From an uncultured Candidatus Peregrinibacteria bacterium (GTDB taxonomy: Bacteria; Patescibacteriota; JACMRA01), in NCBI GenBank assembly GCA_937127165.1, contig CAKZLR010000018.1, forward strand, positions 1 through 34,346: a DNA stretch of 34,346 nucleotides. The letters run 5' to 3'. Within the stretch, counting starts at the first letter, position 1. The number at the start of each line of letters is the position of its first letter. Shown piece by piece: positions 19,301 through 27,815 of this stretch. The notes under the pieces were generated by a model. That model was given only the letters and a program-made list of their open reading frames with translations. It had not been told where the DNA came from and did no database searches. The position numbers and the translations under genes are program-made.

Positions 19301-19924
19301 CCAATCTTTACAAACTTGAGTGATTTTTTCCTCCTTGGAGTGGTTATCCTCTCTACCTAAAATGTGAGTGAAGTTTAACTTACAATTTCTGATTTTCGGT
19401 AAAATTAACAACTCTTTTGAAGAACTAGAAACAATTGCAAGTCTTGTGTTTGAGATTTTAGCAATTTCGTTAACGAACCCTTCAAATAGACAAAACTCTT
19501 TATTAGCCATGTACCTTATAAAATTCCAACTGGCAACAGCCTGCTGTTCAAACTCTTCTTGGCTCAGTCCATGATTTTTATGATGTCTGGGTTTATCAAA
19601 ATATTCATCTCTCATTTCCTTAGCTTTTTTGTAGTCACCACCGGCTCTCAGCTCAGCCCAACAAGCTAAATTAGCTTCGTCGGAATCGGCTAGTACTCCG
19701 TCATAATCAAAAATTAAATACTTAGTTTCTGCACACGAAGAATGATCAAACTCTTTGTGGTAGCTGAGAAAAAATTCATCACTAATCAACGGTTCAATAA
19801 CTGTTTTGGATCTTTCACAAATAGACACATTATGTTCATAGTTCCAGTCCACTTGGAATTGTGTAAACCGTTCTTTTAATTCAGAAACCCTTTTTTGATA
19901 GTCTGCCTCGCTAAAGTTATTCAT
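16361..19924 (-). CDS. valS: Valine--tRNA ligase, C-terminal half only, with inserted HAD, alpha/beta-hydrolase and Nudix domains
   Basis: HNVSICERSKTVIEPLIS, DWCISRDLTWGHKIPVWY, LDTWFSSSLWP, FYPT, KMSKS, NKIWN, anticodon domain, C-terminal coiled coil (LQNPNFVQNA); no HIGH motif or CP1 editing core. Confidence 0.88.
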   Translation of the reverse strand: MNNFSEADYQKRVSELKERFTQFQVDWNYEHNVSICERSKTVIEPLISDEFFLSYHKEFDHSSCAETKYLIFDYDGVLADSDEANLACWAELRAGGDYKKAKEMRDEYFDKPRHHKNHGLSQEEFEQQAVASWNFIRYMANKEFCLFEGFVNEIAKISNTRLAIVSSSSKELLILPKIRNCKLNFTHILGREDNHSKEEKITQVCKDWGISPTQVYYFTDTKDDVIELQNFMDKTKIIGCSWGWAGKDKLLEILPESQILDKFEDIHKLFSKKTNLQKLTLKGLDEVNFYPSEFRQRGQNFIQNVLDWCISRDLTWGHKIPVWYNLDTNPEKKFFSYQEWLKNPEIRHKFQVSPNKPDLPGNWVQESKILDTWFSSSLWPLSTLDFVETVKPQKTVVIVGGGDAFKTDQEMLEELKQREIDIRQQKIDWKINLFTKLSSAGIEVFYPQMPNKQNANYEAWKIWFEKYIAQIDPENELFLVGHSLGGNFLLKYLSENSLKVKQLHLVAACTDAYTFEIQTELDLIKENCEQIFVYHSTDDQIVPFEQFNQIISRLPTSKRFIFDNRAHFNIPHFPEIEDYILYSNYFYTFSKYISLDQHFQNRFGAHAIIYNPKTKKLLFPKINWDILRNVSEEKAEYHLVGGKLELGETAQKTLLREFEEETGISRNEITKLDFVGKIFLGFNFYKNNELQNIRLESNLFYVETESEKEGVCADYQTTKWVDLKDVKGKIINGFEESIEFVLNKFSTNFRTEFNNQLMEQNLAKKVDFEEFYPTQTMVTAKEIFYLWIVRMITLGKYFTNRVPFENLVITPTILDEKGRKMSKSLKNGLEPGEAIAKFSSDSLRLSMLSGMIPGRNMRFGGNLADRLMEKYRNFGNKIWNVARFLEFKSGNWQEKVTTALEKPKSTFLKTNPVSNEIFLSPESLASASWWILQKYLDLQDNLEHNLQNYELAHSVDVLYGFLWDNFADWYIEYLKTDETQVAFAKSLFQQFIITVSPFIPFETEVLWSEFFGQTSLLAFALERNEQYRQLWSKNPNSQVQAEEFAAIIRFIQDLRSTRGLFAIDPAKSIQVYSQSVLLNKYSKFIQITTRSEIVPEQKQGLYSVQKEGYEYSLDILAYIPNKQTEVNRTNKIIKDLETQIEFLQNQLQNPNFVQNADPEVVTEKRQQLLQRKQELDQQQSKINFLNN

Positions 19925-20133
19925 AGTAATGAAATTACTAATAATAGTTTCTGCTTAAACCAAATAGTTTTGTCAAACGTTAAGTTACAATCGACTATCT
20001 GAATAATTAAAATGACTTGAAAAGGATTGCAAACTGAGATATCTTATGGTGGAGTATTTATTTATAATTAATTTTCTTAGAACTTTCTTTTTCTATGTTT
20101 TATAGAAAATTTATAATTTATAAAATTATAAAA

Positions 20134-20634
20134 TTAAGCAAAGACAACCTCGTTTTTAGTTTGGAAAAAATTATGAAAATACTCTTCTGTCCAATCCAAA
20201 ATATCTAAATAAAAACTTAAATACGGATCAAATTCATAAATTTTGTAGTAATGATTCTTAATCATCCATTGGATGACCCGGTAATCGTACTGAGACAGTA
20301 CATTTTGACTAAATTCTTTACTATATATTTCTAATTTCTTCTCTCTGAATTTTAGTGTTAGAAAGGCTTTCTTTTGTTCCCAACTAGCGAATTTTTCTTC
20401 TGGGTTTGCAGGGTCAAATTTTTCTCGTTCATAAACAAATTGAGGATCCATTTTTTGGTTGAAAAAATAAAGTGGGTGGAGTAATCTATGCAAAGTTCTA
20501 CCAAAAAAATAGGAATACCCCTTATAATCTTTATTTCTTTTTTTAGCTTCTTCGTATTGTATCCAAGTAATCGTTGATATATACTCATACATGTCAATAT
20601 ATTGCTCTTTCAAGGATAAAAAATGTTTTGACAT
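20134..20634 (-). CDS. Hypothetical protein (aromatic-rich, 166 aa)
   Basis: Open 166-aa frame with ATG, co-oriented with grpE and valS-C; no recognisable motif. Confidence 0.6.
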   Translation of the reverse strand: MSKHFLSLKEQYIDMYEYISTITWIQYEEAKKRNKDYKGYSYFFGRTLHRLLHPLYFFNQKMDPQFVYEREKFDPANPEEKFASWEQKKAFLTLKFREKKLEIYSKEFSQNVLSQYDYRVIQWMIKNHYYKIYEFDPYLSFYLDILDWTEEYFHNFFQTKNEVVFA

Positions 20635-20702
20635 AAATTCTGCCTAAAACTGGATTTTAGTCGAGATACGTAATTATCAAATTTTTTTATTTTTGACAAC
20701 TA

Positions 20703-21353
20703 CTAAAAAGTAATTACTGCTGGCTTGATTACTTGACCGTCTACTTTTACTCCGGCGCTTACTACTCCTTTAACTGTTGGAATAGAGGTGTCACCAGACA
20801 GTTCGTTGACGGCATTCATGAACTCTGGATTAAAGGTATCTCCTGGATTTGGAATGATAATTTCAATATTAAATTTTTGCAGAACTTTAAGACTTGTATC
20901 TAAACTATTTTTTAACCTATCAACAAAATCTTTGACCGCCGTTTCACTAGCTTCAGGAGCATAACTGAAAGCTAAGTTCATATGACTAACAAAATCAGCT
21001 AAACTTAAAGCAATTTCTTTTTTAACCGACTTTTTTGCTCTATCTACGTCCATCTCGTTTTGTTTCATCACATTTTGCATATCAGCTAGAAGCCGTAAAT
21101 TTTTAGCTTTAAGCTCTTCTATTTCCTTTTTTAAGGTATCTTGCTCTGCAGATAATTTCTGAACTATATCATCTTGAGTTTGGGCTTGAATTTGGCTATC
21201 ATTAGAGGCAGAATCATTATCTGAGACTTTAGTAGGAACTGACGAAGGAACTGACGAGTTAGTTTCTTCTTTTTGAGTATCATCTAATTTTGAAAGGTTT
21301 TTATTTTTAAAATCTTGAATTTTTTGGTCAGCATTTTGCTTTTTTTTAGGCAT
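20703..21353 (-). CDS. grpE: Nucleotide exchange factor GrpE
   Basis: Disordered N-terminus, LRLLADMQN, GDTFNPEFMNAV, G.KVDGQVIKPAVI. Confidence 0.9.
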   Translation of the reverse strand: MPKKKQNADQKIQDFKNKNLSKLDDTQKEETNSSVPSSVPTKVSDNDSASNDSQIQAQTQDDIVQKLSAEQDTLKKEIEELKAKNLRLLADMQNVMKQNEMDVDRAKKSVKKEIALSLADFVSHMNLAFSYAPEASETAVKDFVDRLKNSLDTSLKVLQKFNIEIIIPNPGDTFNPEFMNAVNELSGDTSIPTVKGVVSAGVKVDGQVIKPAVITF

Positions 21354-21450
21354 AGATTTAATCTAAAAATTGATGAACTTAATTTCAAATTAAGAATGAT
21401 TTTCTTAAATAGATGATTTTTGTCAACCTAAAATTTTGTTTGCTAAAATT

Positions 21451-22770
21451 TTAAGATTCGACTTGGCTAATCAAAATTTTATTGATTTCAGGGAAGTCGG
21501 CAAGTCTTTGTTCACAGTTATTTATAAAGTGACTGGCAAAGTCGAGAATAGTTTGTTTTGAACGATAATTTTTGGTCAGGGTAATAATTTGGCATGTTGG
21601 ATATTTTTTTCTGAAATCTAAAATATTTTTTAAATAAGCTCCTTGAAATTTAAAAATTGACTGGTCATCATCTCCGACTACCATCAAGTTCGGTCTATTA
21701 TTAGTTAGTTTTGTGTCAACTAACATGTCAATAAGTTTAGTCTGCACACCACTAGTGTCTTGAAATTCGTCAACCAAAATATATAAAAACTGTTCTTGAT
21801 AATTGTATCTAAGCTCTTTGTAAGTTTCAAAAGCTTTTAACACTTCAAAAAGCATATCCTCAAAATCAAATAATTTAGACTGGTGCAAACCTTCTTGATA
21901 CTTTTTATAAATTCTAGCTAAAGAGCGGTATTTTTTATGGTTAAGGTCGGCTTTTAACCTATATTTTTTGTCTTCATCAACTTTACAAAAACTGTTTCTC
22001 CATGAAGTTAATTTAGTTGTTGAAGGATTTTGTTGAGCTTCAATTTCGTCCACAGTCTTTTGCAAACTCTCTATTACTAGTTTTTTAAGGCTATAATTTG
22101 GCTGTTTTTCGTCAAAGTTAATCTGTCTCAGGGGTTCAATCAAGTCTTGGCGAGCTTTTGATAGTAAAACTTTATTTATTTTCCCAACAAAAAAGTCTTT
22201 GATAATATTTCTAGCCTGAGAAATAAAAGTTTCGTTGTCGTCCAAAATTTGTTCAAAATCTTCGGGGGTTATACCTTCTTTTTTTAGATCCCTAATTCTA
22301 GATCTGATAGAGTCTAAATAAGTCCAACCTTCTTTAGAATTGTGTTGGTTGAGAGGATCATCATGGTCAAAAGTATTAAAAATACTTTGCAAAATTTCAA
22401 TTGAAGCTAAGTCATCAGCCGGCATATACTTAGCTCCGGAAAAAAAATATTCGGGGTTATGACTAATCACTTCGGTTCCAAAACTATGAAAAGTGTGAAT
22501 ATACACTTTGCTAGCCTGTGATCCAATAATCTTGATTAATCTTTCTCTCATATTTACAGCCGCTGAGTCTGTGAAAGTAAGACAAAGAATAGACTCTGGC
22601 AAAGTATCTGTTTCCCTGAGAATGTTGGCTACTCTCATGCTAAGTAATTCTGTTTTACCTGTCCCCGGACCAGCTACGACCATCACTGGACCATCGATTG
22701 TGTCAACGGCTTGTCTTTGTTCCGAGTTAAGCCGTTGATATTTTTGCCAGAAAATTCGGTTAAAATTCAT
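21451..22770 (-). CDS. UvrD/PcrA/Rep-family helicase, N-terminal half only (motifs Q to IV)
   Basis: LNSEQRQAV, AGPGTGKT, LTFT, TFHSF, DEFQD, VGDDDQSIFKFQGA, LTKNYRS; stops about 35 aa after motif IV, motifs V and VI absent. Confidence 0.88.
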   Translation of the reverse strand: MNFNRIFWQKYQRLNSEQRQAVDTIDGPVMVVAGPGTGKTELLSMRVANILRETDTLPESILCLTFTDSAAVNMRERLIKIIGSQASKVYIHTFHSFGTEVISHNPEYFFSGAKYMPADDLASIEILQSIFNTFDHDDPLNQHNSKEGWTYLDSIRSRIRDLKKEGITPEDFEQILDDNETFISQARNIIKDFFVGKINKVLLSKARQDLIEPLRQINFDEKQPNYSLKKLVIESLQKTVDEIEAQQNPSTTKLTSWRNSFCKVDEDKKYRLKADLNHKKYRSLARIYKKYQEGLHQSKLFDFEDMLFEVLKAFETYKELRYNYQEQFLYILVDEFQDTSGVQTKLIDMLVDTKLTNNRPNLMVVGDDDQSIFKFQGAYLKNILDFRKKYPTCQIITLTKNYRSKQTILDFASHFINNCEQRLADFPEINKILISQVES

Positions 22771-22788
22771 ACTTTAATTTATATGACT

Positions 22789-22817
22789 ATGCTACAAATA
22801 GTAAATCAGTCAGTCAA
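22789..22817 (-). promoter_or_regulatory. Sigma70-type promoter for the helicase gene
   Basis: Minus strand TTGACT-17 nt-TAGCAT, 18 nt before the ATG at 22770. Confidence 0.6.
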
Positions 22818-23201
22818 GACAAAGTCAAACACTATCCATTAAGATCAAATCAAGATTGATTTGATATTTGGTCTGGTTATGTACTAATTTGATTTCTAAA
22901 GAAAAACTGGTGTAATAAACTTGTTTATTCAAAATTTATTTAATTTTTACAAGTTTTACTTGTTACTTACAAGTTTTATTTAAAACTACAACAATAACAA
23001 TTGTTACCAATTTAATCAAAAAAAATTTTCTAATTTAATTCTTGTCAATTTTTAAAAAAATACTAGGTCCGGGTCTTACTTACTATTCTCACTATTTTTT
23101 GTGAGAACTTAATAAAAGACGATTTTTAAATTTTAAAATATATAATTATATAATATGAAAACTCTTCAGAGTTGTATTTGAAATTATAAAAACATTTATT
23201 C

Positions 23202-23870
23202 CTATTTACAACTAACATAACTCATAGACACTCTGTTAGATCGTGTAATCATAAAAAAATGATTTCAGCAATATCCTTAGGATGCATAAACTTTGAAGTA
23301 TCAATTTTTGTTTGATTATCTAGGTTTTTAAATAAATTTGTATTTGTAGTTGCAGGATAAAAACCCATTACACGAATATTGATTCTTTTTTCCAACCTTC
23401 CCTGAAACCAGATATTCCGTATTTATTACTCATATAAACAGACTCTCTTGGCTTACCATCATATGGTGTTCTACCGGCTGAAGATACATTAAGGATTGTA
23501 CCATAATTTTGTTCTTTGAAAGTTGGCAAAAATACTTGTGTCGTGTATATAGTACCCATTAGATTTATTCTAATCATTTTTTCTATATGATCAGGATTTT
23601 GTTTGTCTAGATCACCAGTGTAATACACACCCGCATTATTTATCAAAACATCAACATTACCAATTTCCTTACGAGCACTTTCTAATATCGGATAGAGGCG
23701 ATCAGCTTCATATTCTAAATTGTATTCTATATTTTTAAGATTTGGATGTGTTATATTAACAGTATTTCTGCTAAGATTAAAGACTAGCCACTGCCTTTTT
23801 AAACACTTTTTTACAACTTCTAGTCCAATTCCAGAACTACCCCCAGTGATAACAATTCTTTTAAAGAAGA
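23202..23870 (-). pseudogene. Short-chain dehydrogenase/reductase (SDR) pseudogene
   Basis: One frame reads KRIVITGGSSGIG...DVLINNAG...YMSNK but has no ATG/GTG/TTG upstream of the Rossmann motif; continues after a frameshift near 23385 (IRVMGFYPATTNTNLF...MHPKDIAEII) and a second shift at the homopolymer near 23255. Confidence 0.85.
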
Positions 23871-24033
23871 AATTTACTAAAAATAGTGCAAAAGCACATG
23901 CATGAAGAATAAAAATAAAATGGTCAAATAAATCATTCTGAGTTGTAATAACAATTTAAAATATATTATAACTTTCACAAATATTATTTCATTTATTAAG
24001 TATTGTTTATTATATAATCCTGTTAATAACAGG

Positions 24034-24067
24034 AAATTTTAAATATGAAAAAATTTTAAATATGAAA
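24034..24067. repeat. 17-bp tandem duplication AAATTTTAAATATGAAA x2
   Basis: 24034-24050 is identical to 24051-24067. Confidence 0.8.
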
Positions 24068-24389
24068 AATATATATTTTTGTCTTTTAATTACATTATTA
24101 TACTAGTTACCTTTAGATTTATTTCTCCTGCTTTTGTTACGTTACAAATGATTCCCCTAAAAGACTAAAACTTTGACTAAGAAGATTTATTTTTACAGAT
24201 GCTCTTTTATAATTTGTTCATCATACAAACCTCGAAGAAATTAGTGCTATTTGTCATAATAAATACAATTTGATTCAATATTTTATACATCTAACAGAAA
24301 AATGTTAAACTAACAAAGTTGAACAATAGATCTGAAAGACCTCTTTTGCAAGATTAAAATAAAAAGTATTATTTTAGATATATAAACAT

Positions 24390-24418
24390 TTGACCTAAAA
24401 GCAGTCTTTTAGTAAAAT
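24390..24418 (+). promoter_or_regulatory. Sigma70-type promoter for the PilB/GspE gene (near-leaderless)
   Basis: TTGACC-17 nt-TAAAAT, 10 nt before the ATG at 24429. Confidence 0.65.
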
Positions 24419-24428
24419 GTAATGTTGT

Positions 24429-26132
24429 ATGTCAGTAGTTCAATTAGATCCTAATTCTATAGGTCGCCCATCAGTAGTAAAACTGCAAACTGTAGATAAT
24501 GAAAAATTAAACAAGTTAAAATCTCTTAGAAGTGAGCTAGATAGACACTATCAGGAGCGAAATACTGAAATAGAGGCAAGAAGGCTAGGCATGTTATATA
24601 TTAATCTTTATGGATACCCAATTAATATTAGTCATTTGACCAGAATTCCTAAAGAAAAAGCCATGTCTGCCAAAATTGGAGTGATCGGGATTAAAGACGG
24701 CTTTATTTATTTAGCAACACCAAAACCTGGTCATTTCGGCCAAGATGAAATTATTAAAATGTTTGAAAAAGAGGATAGACAAGTAGTTGTTTACTATTGC
24801 AGTGAATTTAGTTTTAATATACTTTTAGAGAAGTATAAATATGCAGTTAGCTACTCTGATTTTATCGAGAACATAAACATAACAGAAGAAAAAATGCGGG
24901 ATTCAACCTTATCTAACCCTAAGTCTTTAACTCAAAAATGGAGACAACTTTCCATCACTGAAATTGTTGAAGCTATATTGATTGCGGCCATTAAAAACGA
25001 TGCTTCAGACATTCACTTTGAGCCAGAAAAAGATGTGTATAATATAAGACTTAGAATTGATGGTGTTTTGCACACTTTTTTACAATTACCTGTCGATTTA
25101 ATTGATAAAATTGAAAATCGTATTAAGGTGATGTCTAAGTTAAAAATTAATATAGATAATCAACCTCAAGATGGTCGTTTTACTTTCTTTGCTGGTTCTA
25201 AAGAAATTGATATGAGAGTCTCTCTGCTACCTTCCAACTACGGCTACTCAATAGTTATGAGACTTTTAGGTACAGGTAGTGTTAATCTGACATTAGATGA
25301 TTTAGGGTTTATCGGTAATGCTAACATTAGGGCTCGGGAAGCTCTTTTTAAAACTACTGGGATGATACTGGCAACAGGTCCTACAGGAAGTGGTAAAACC
25401 ACCAGTTTATATACTTTTTTAAAATCTCTAAATGATGGTCAAAACAAGATTATCACTTTAGAAGATCCGATTGAATACAAATTACCCGGAATTTCTCAAA
25501 CCCAAATTGATTATAGTGCTGGTTATAATTTCTCTGATGGTTTAAGGTCAATTTTGAGACAAGATCCCGATGTGGTTATGGTAGGAGAAATTCGCGATAA
25601 AGAAACTGCTGATGTAGCAGTGCAAGCTTCTCTCACAGGACACAAAGTATTATCTACAATTCATACCAACGATGCTGCGGGTGCTGTGCCAAGGTTAATG
25701 GAAATGGGAATTAAGGGGTTTTTATTGGCCGATGCTTTAAACATGGTGGTAGGTCAGAGATTAGTTCGTAAACTTTGTCCTCATTGTAGGCGAGAGGCTA
25801 TTTTAGACGACCGAGAAAAGGCTTTTGTAGACAATGTTTTATCCAATATACCCCAAAATCACGGAGTTGAATTACCAGGCGAAATCAAATTTTATACTTC
25901 CGATGGTTGTGACAAGTGTGCAGGTTTAGGTTATAAAGGTAGAATAGGAGTTTATGAAGTTCTAACTATGACTGACGGTATCCGGGATTTACTTGTTCGG
26001 GAAACTGTCTCTTTTTTAGATGTTAGGCGAGTAGCAGCCACCGAAGGAATGCTGACGATGCAGCAAGATGCTGTACTAAAAGCTATTTTGGGGATAACTG
26101 ACATTAAGGAAGTGATGAGAGTTGTGGGGTAA
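24429..26132 (+). CDS. GspE/PilB family pilus assembly ATPase
   Basis: ASDIHFEP, RLRIDGVL, PQDGRF, Walker A GPTGSGKTT, TLEDPIEY, LRQDPD..MVGEIRD, TGH..LSTIHTN, CPHC/CDKC zinc motif, GYKGRIG. Confidence 0.95.
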   Translation: MSVVQLDPNSIGRPSVVKLQTVDNEKLNKLKSLRSELDRHYQERNTEIEARRLGMLYINLYGYPINISHLTRIPKEKAMSAKIGVIGIKDGFIYLATPKPGHFGQDEIIKMFEKEDRQVVVYYCSEFSFNILLEKYKYAVSYSDFIENINITEEKMRDSTLSNPKSLTQKWRQLSITEIVEAILIAAIKNDASDIHFEPEKDVYNIRLRIDGVLHTFLQLPVDLIDKIENRIKVMSKLKINIDNQPQDGRFTFFAGSKEIDMRVSLLPSNYGYSIVMRLLGTGSVNLTLDDLGFIGNANIRAREALFKTTGMILATGPTGSGKTTSLYTFLKSLNDGQNKIITLEDPIEYKLPGISQTQIDYSAGYNFSDGLRSILRQDPDVVMVGEIRDKETADVAVQASLTGHKVLSTIHTNDAAGAVPRLMEMGIKGFLLADALNMVVGQRLVRKLCPHCRREAILDDREKAFVDNVLSNIPQNHGVELPGEIKFYTSDGCDKCAGLGYKGRIGVYEVLTMTDGIRDLLVRETVSFLDVRRVAATEGMLTMQQDAVLKAILGITDIKEVMRVVG

Positions 26133-26400
26133 AAGAGTACTTGATTAGTTTTTAACTTTAAGATTTTAACTCTTTGAGAATCTATAATTGCAGAAGCAGT
26201 AATTGTTTTATAACATATAACCTCTTCTGTAGTTACAAAATTATCTATAGTTTTTCTTGATTTTTGATTCAAAGAAAATAATTTTTACAGAAACAAAAAC
26301 ATAAAATTTAATTTGTGAATGGGGAATTTAACAAAAAAGTTTTTCTAAAAAAAGATTAGGAACGAACAACTTTGTTCTAAATATTAAGGTTTAGCTTGAT

Positions 26401-27603
26401 TTAGCTCAAAATTACTTCTAATGTCTGACAGACTTTGTCTACATGTTCTTTTTGGATAATCAAGGGTGGTAAAAATCTGATAGTATCTTTACTACAAGGC
26501 AAAGCAATAATCTTACGCTGTTGTAATTTTTTGAGAATATCCATAGGGTCTATGGTTTCTAATAATTGTACTCCAATCATAAAACCTTCTCCCCTTATAT
26601 CAACGATTTTATCATTTAGCTTTGTTTGTAAATTTCTTAGCTGTTCAAAAAAATATTTACTGATAACTCGGCTTTTGTCTATAATCTGTGATTTTTCTAA
26701 TTCATCTAAAAAAGCTACTACTCCAGTCATACTTAAAGGATTTCCTCCTGTGGTAGAAGTGTGCACACCTTTAGGGATTTTGGCATTTAACTCTTCTTTA
26801 ATAACTACAGCCGATACTGGCAAACCACCACCAAGACCCTTGCCAAACAAAATCATATCACAATCAAAACCTCCTGGTACATATTTTTGAACATTCAGAA
26901 ACCGACCGTTGCGACCTAAACCAGTTTGAATTTCGTCAATAATTAACAACACCCCATATTCTTTGCACAATTCACTTACTTGCACTAGGTAATCTTCTGG
27001 TGGAAGGATAATTCCACCTTCTGCTTGAATTGGTTCGATAATAAGAGCAGCATGTTGGTTGGAAATAGTTTTTTTTAGTGATTCAATGTTGCCAAACTCA
27101 AAATAATCTGTAGAGAGTAGAAATTTTTGAAAGGGTTTTTGATATTTGCCTTCGTTGCTACTAGTTACAGAAAGCACTGCCAAAGTTTTGCCATGATAGT
27201 CATTTCTAGGAGACAAAAGACGGTTGCGACCGGTAGCAATTAAAGCAAACTTAATAGCGGCATCTACTGCCTCTGCTCCATAATTTGCCCAAAGTATACG
27301 ATTAAAGCCAGTCAATCCGACTTTTTCAACTTGTTCTAAAAGTTTTTTAGTTGCTTGACTTCGCTGAGGGTTGCCAAAAGAACCATGGCAGTTAATTAGA
27401 ATATCAACCTGTTTTTTGATACCTTCTGTAACTGGACTTGGACCATAACCTAGAAGGTTAACACCAAAATTAGAACCCATATCTAGGTATTCTTCACCTT
27501 TTTCATCATAAAGATAAACCCCATTACCACTAGCCAAAGACAAACCACGATTAGGAAAGGTGGAGACAACATTTTTGGACTGGATTATATCCGTAATAGT
27601 CAT
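26401..27603 (-). CDS. Class III PLP-dependent aminotransferase (ArgD/LysJ-like)
   Basis: YLD, GAEAVDAAIK, YHGKT, EPIQAEGG, DEIQTGLGR, GKGLGGG, HTSTTGGNPL, IRFLPPL. Confidence 0.9.
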   Translation of the reverse strand: MTITDIIQSKNVVSTFPNRGLSLASGNGVYLYDEKGEEYLDMGSNFGVNLLGYGPSPVTEGIKKQVDILINCHGSFGNPQRSQATKKLLEQVEKVGLTGFNRILWANYGAEAVDAAIKFALIATGRNRLLSPRNDYHGKTLAVLSVTSSNEGKYQKPFQKFLLSTDYFEFGNIESLKKTISNQHAALIIEPIQAEGGIILPPEDYLVQVSELCKEYGVLLIIDEIQTGLGRNGRFLNVQKYVPGGFDCDMILFGKGLGGGLPVSAVVIKEELNAKIPKGVHTSTTGGNPLSMTGVVAFLDELEKSQIIDKSRVISKYFFEQLRNLQTKLNDKIVDIRGEGFMIGVQLLETIDPMDILKKLQQRKIIALPCSKDTIRFLPPLIIQKEHVDKVCQTLEVILS

Positions 27604-27815
27604 TAAATTTTTTTAGTATCTTTTAATTAGTACTTTTAGTAATTTATAACCAACGTTAATTTTCGTTACTTGTGCTCAAATGCAAACTAAACAAATAAAA
27701 AACAAAATCTACCTTTCCTAATTGTATTAACAATTCTTCACTTTTATCTAAAAAACAACATTGAACAACTGATTTACTCACACTTAAAACCTCTTTAAAT
27801 TTGTTGAATCTAACA

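Noticed and set aside
21354-21450. CIRCE element upstream of grpE
   Set aside because: Only a partial TTAGCA match; no TTAGCACTC-N9-GAGTGCTAA inverted repeat
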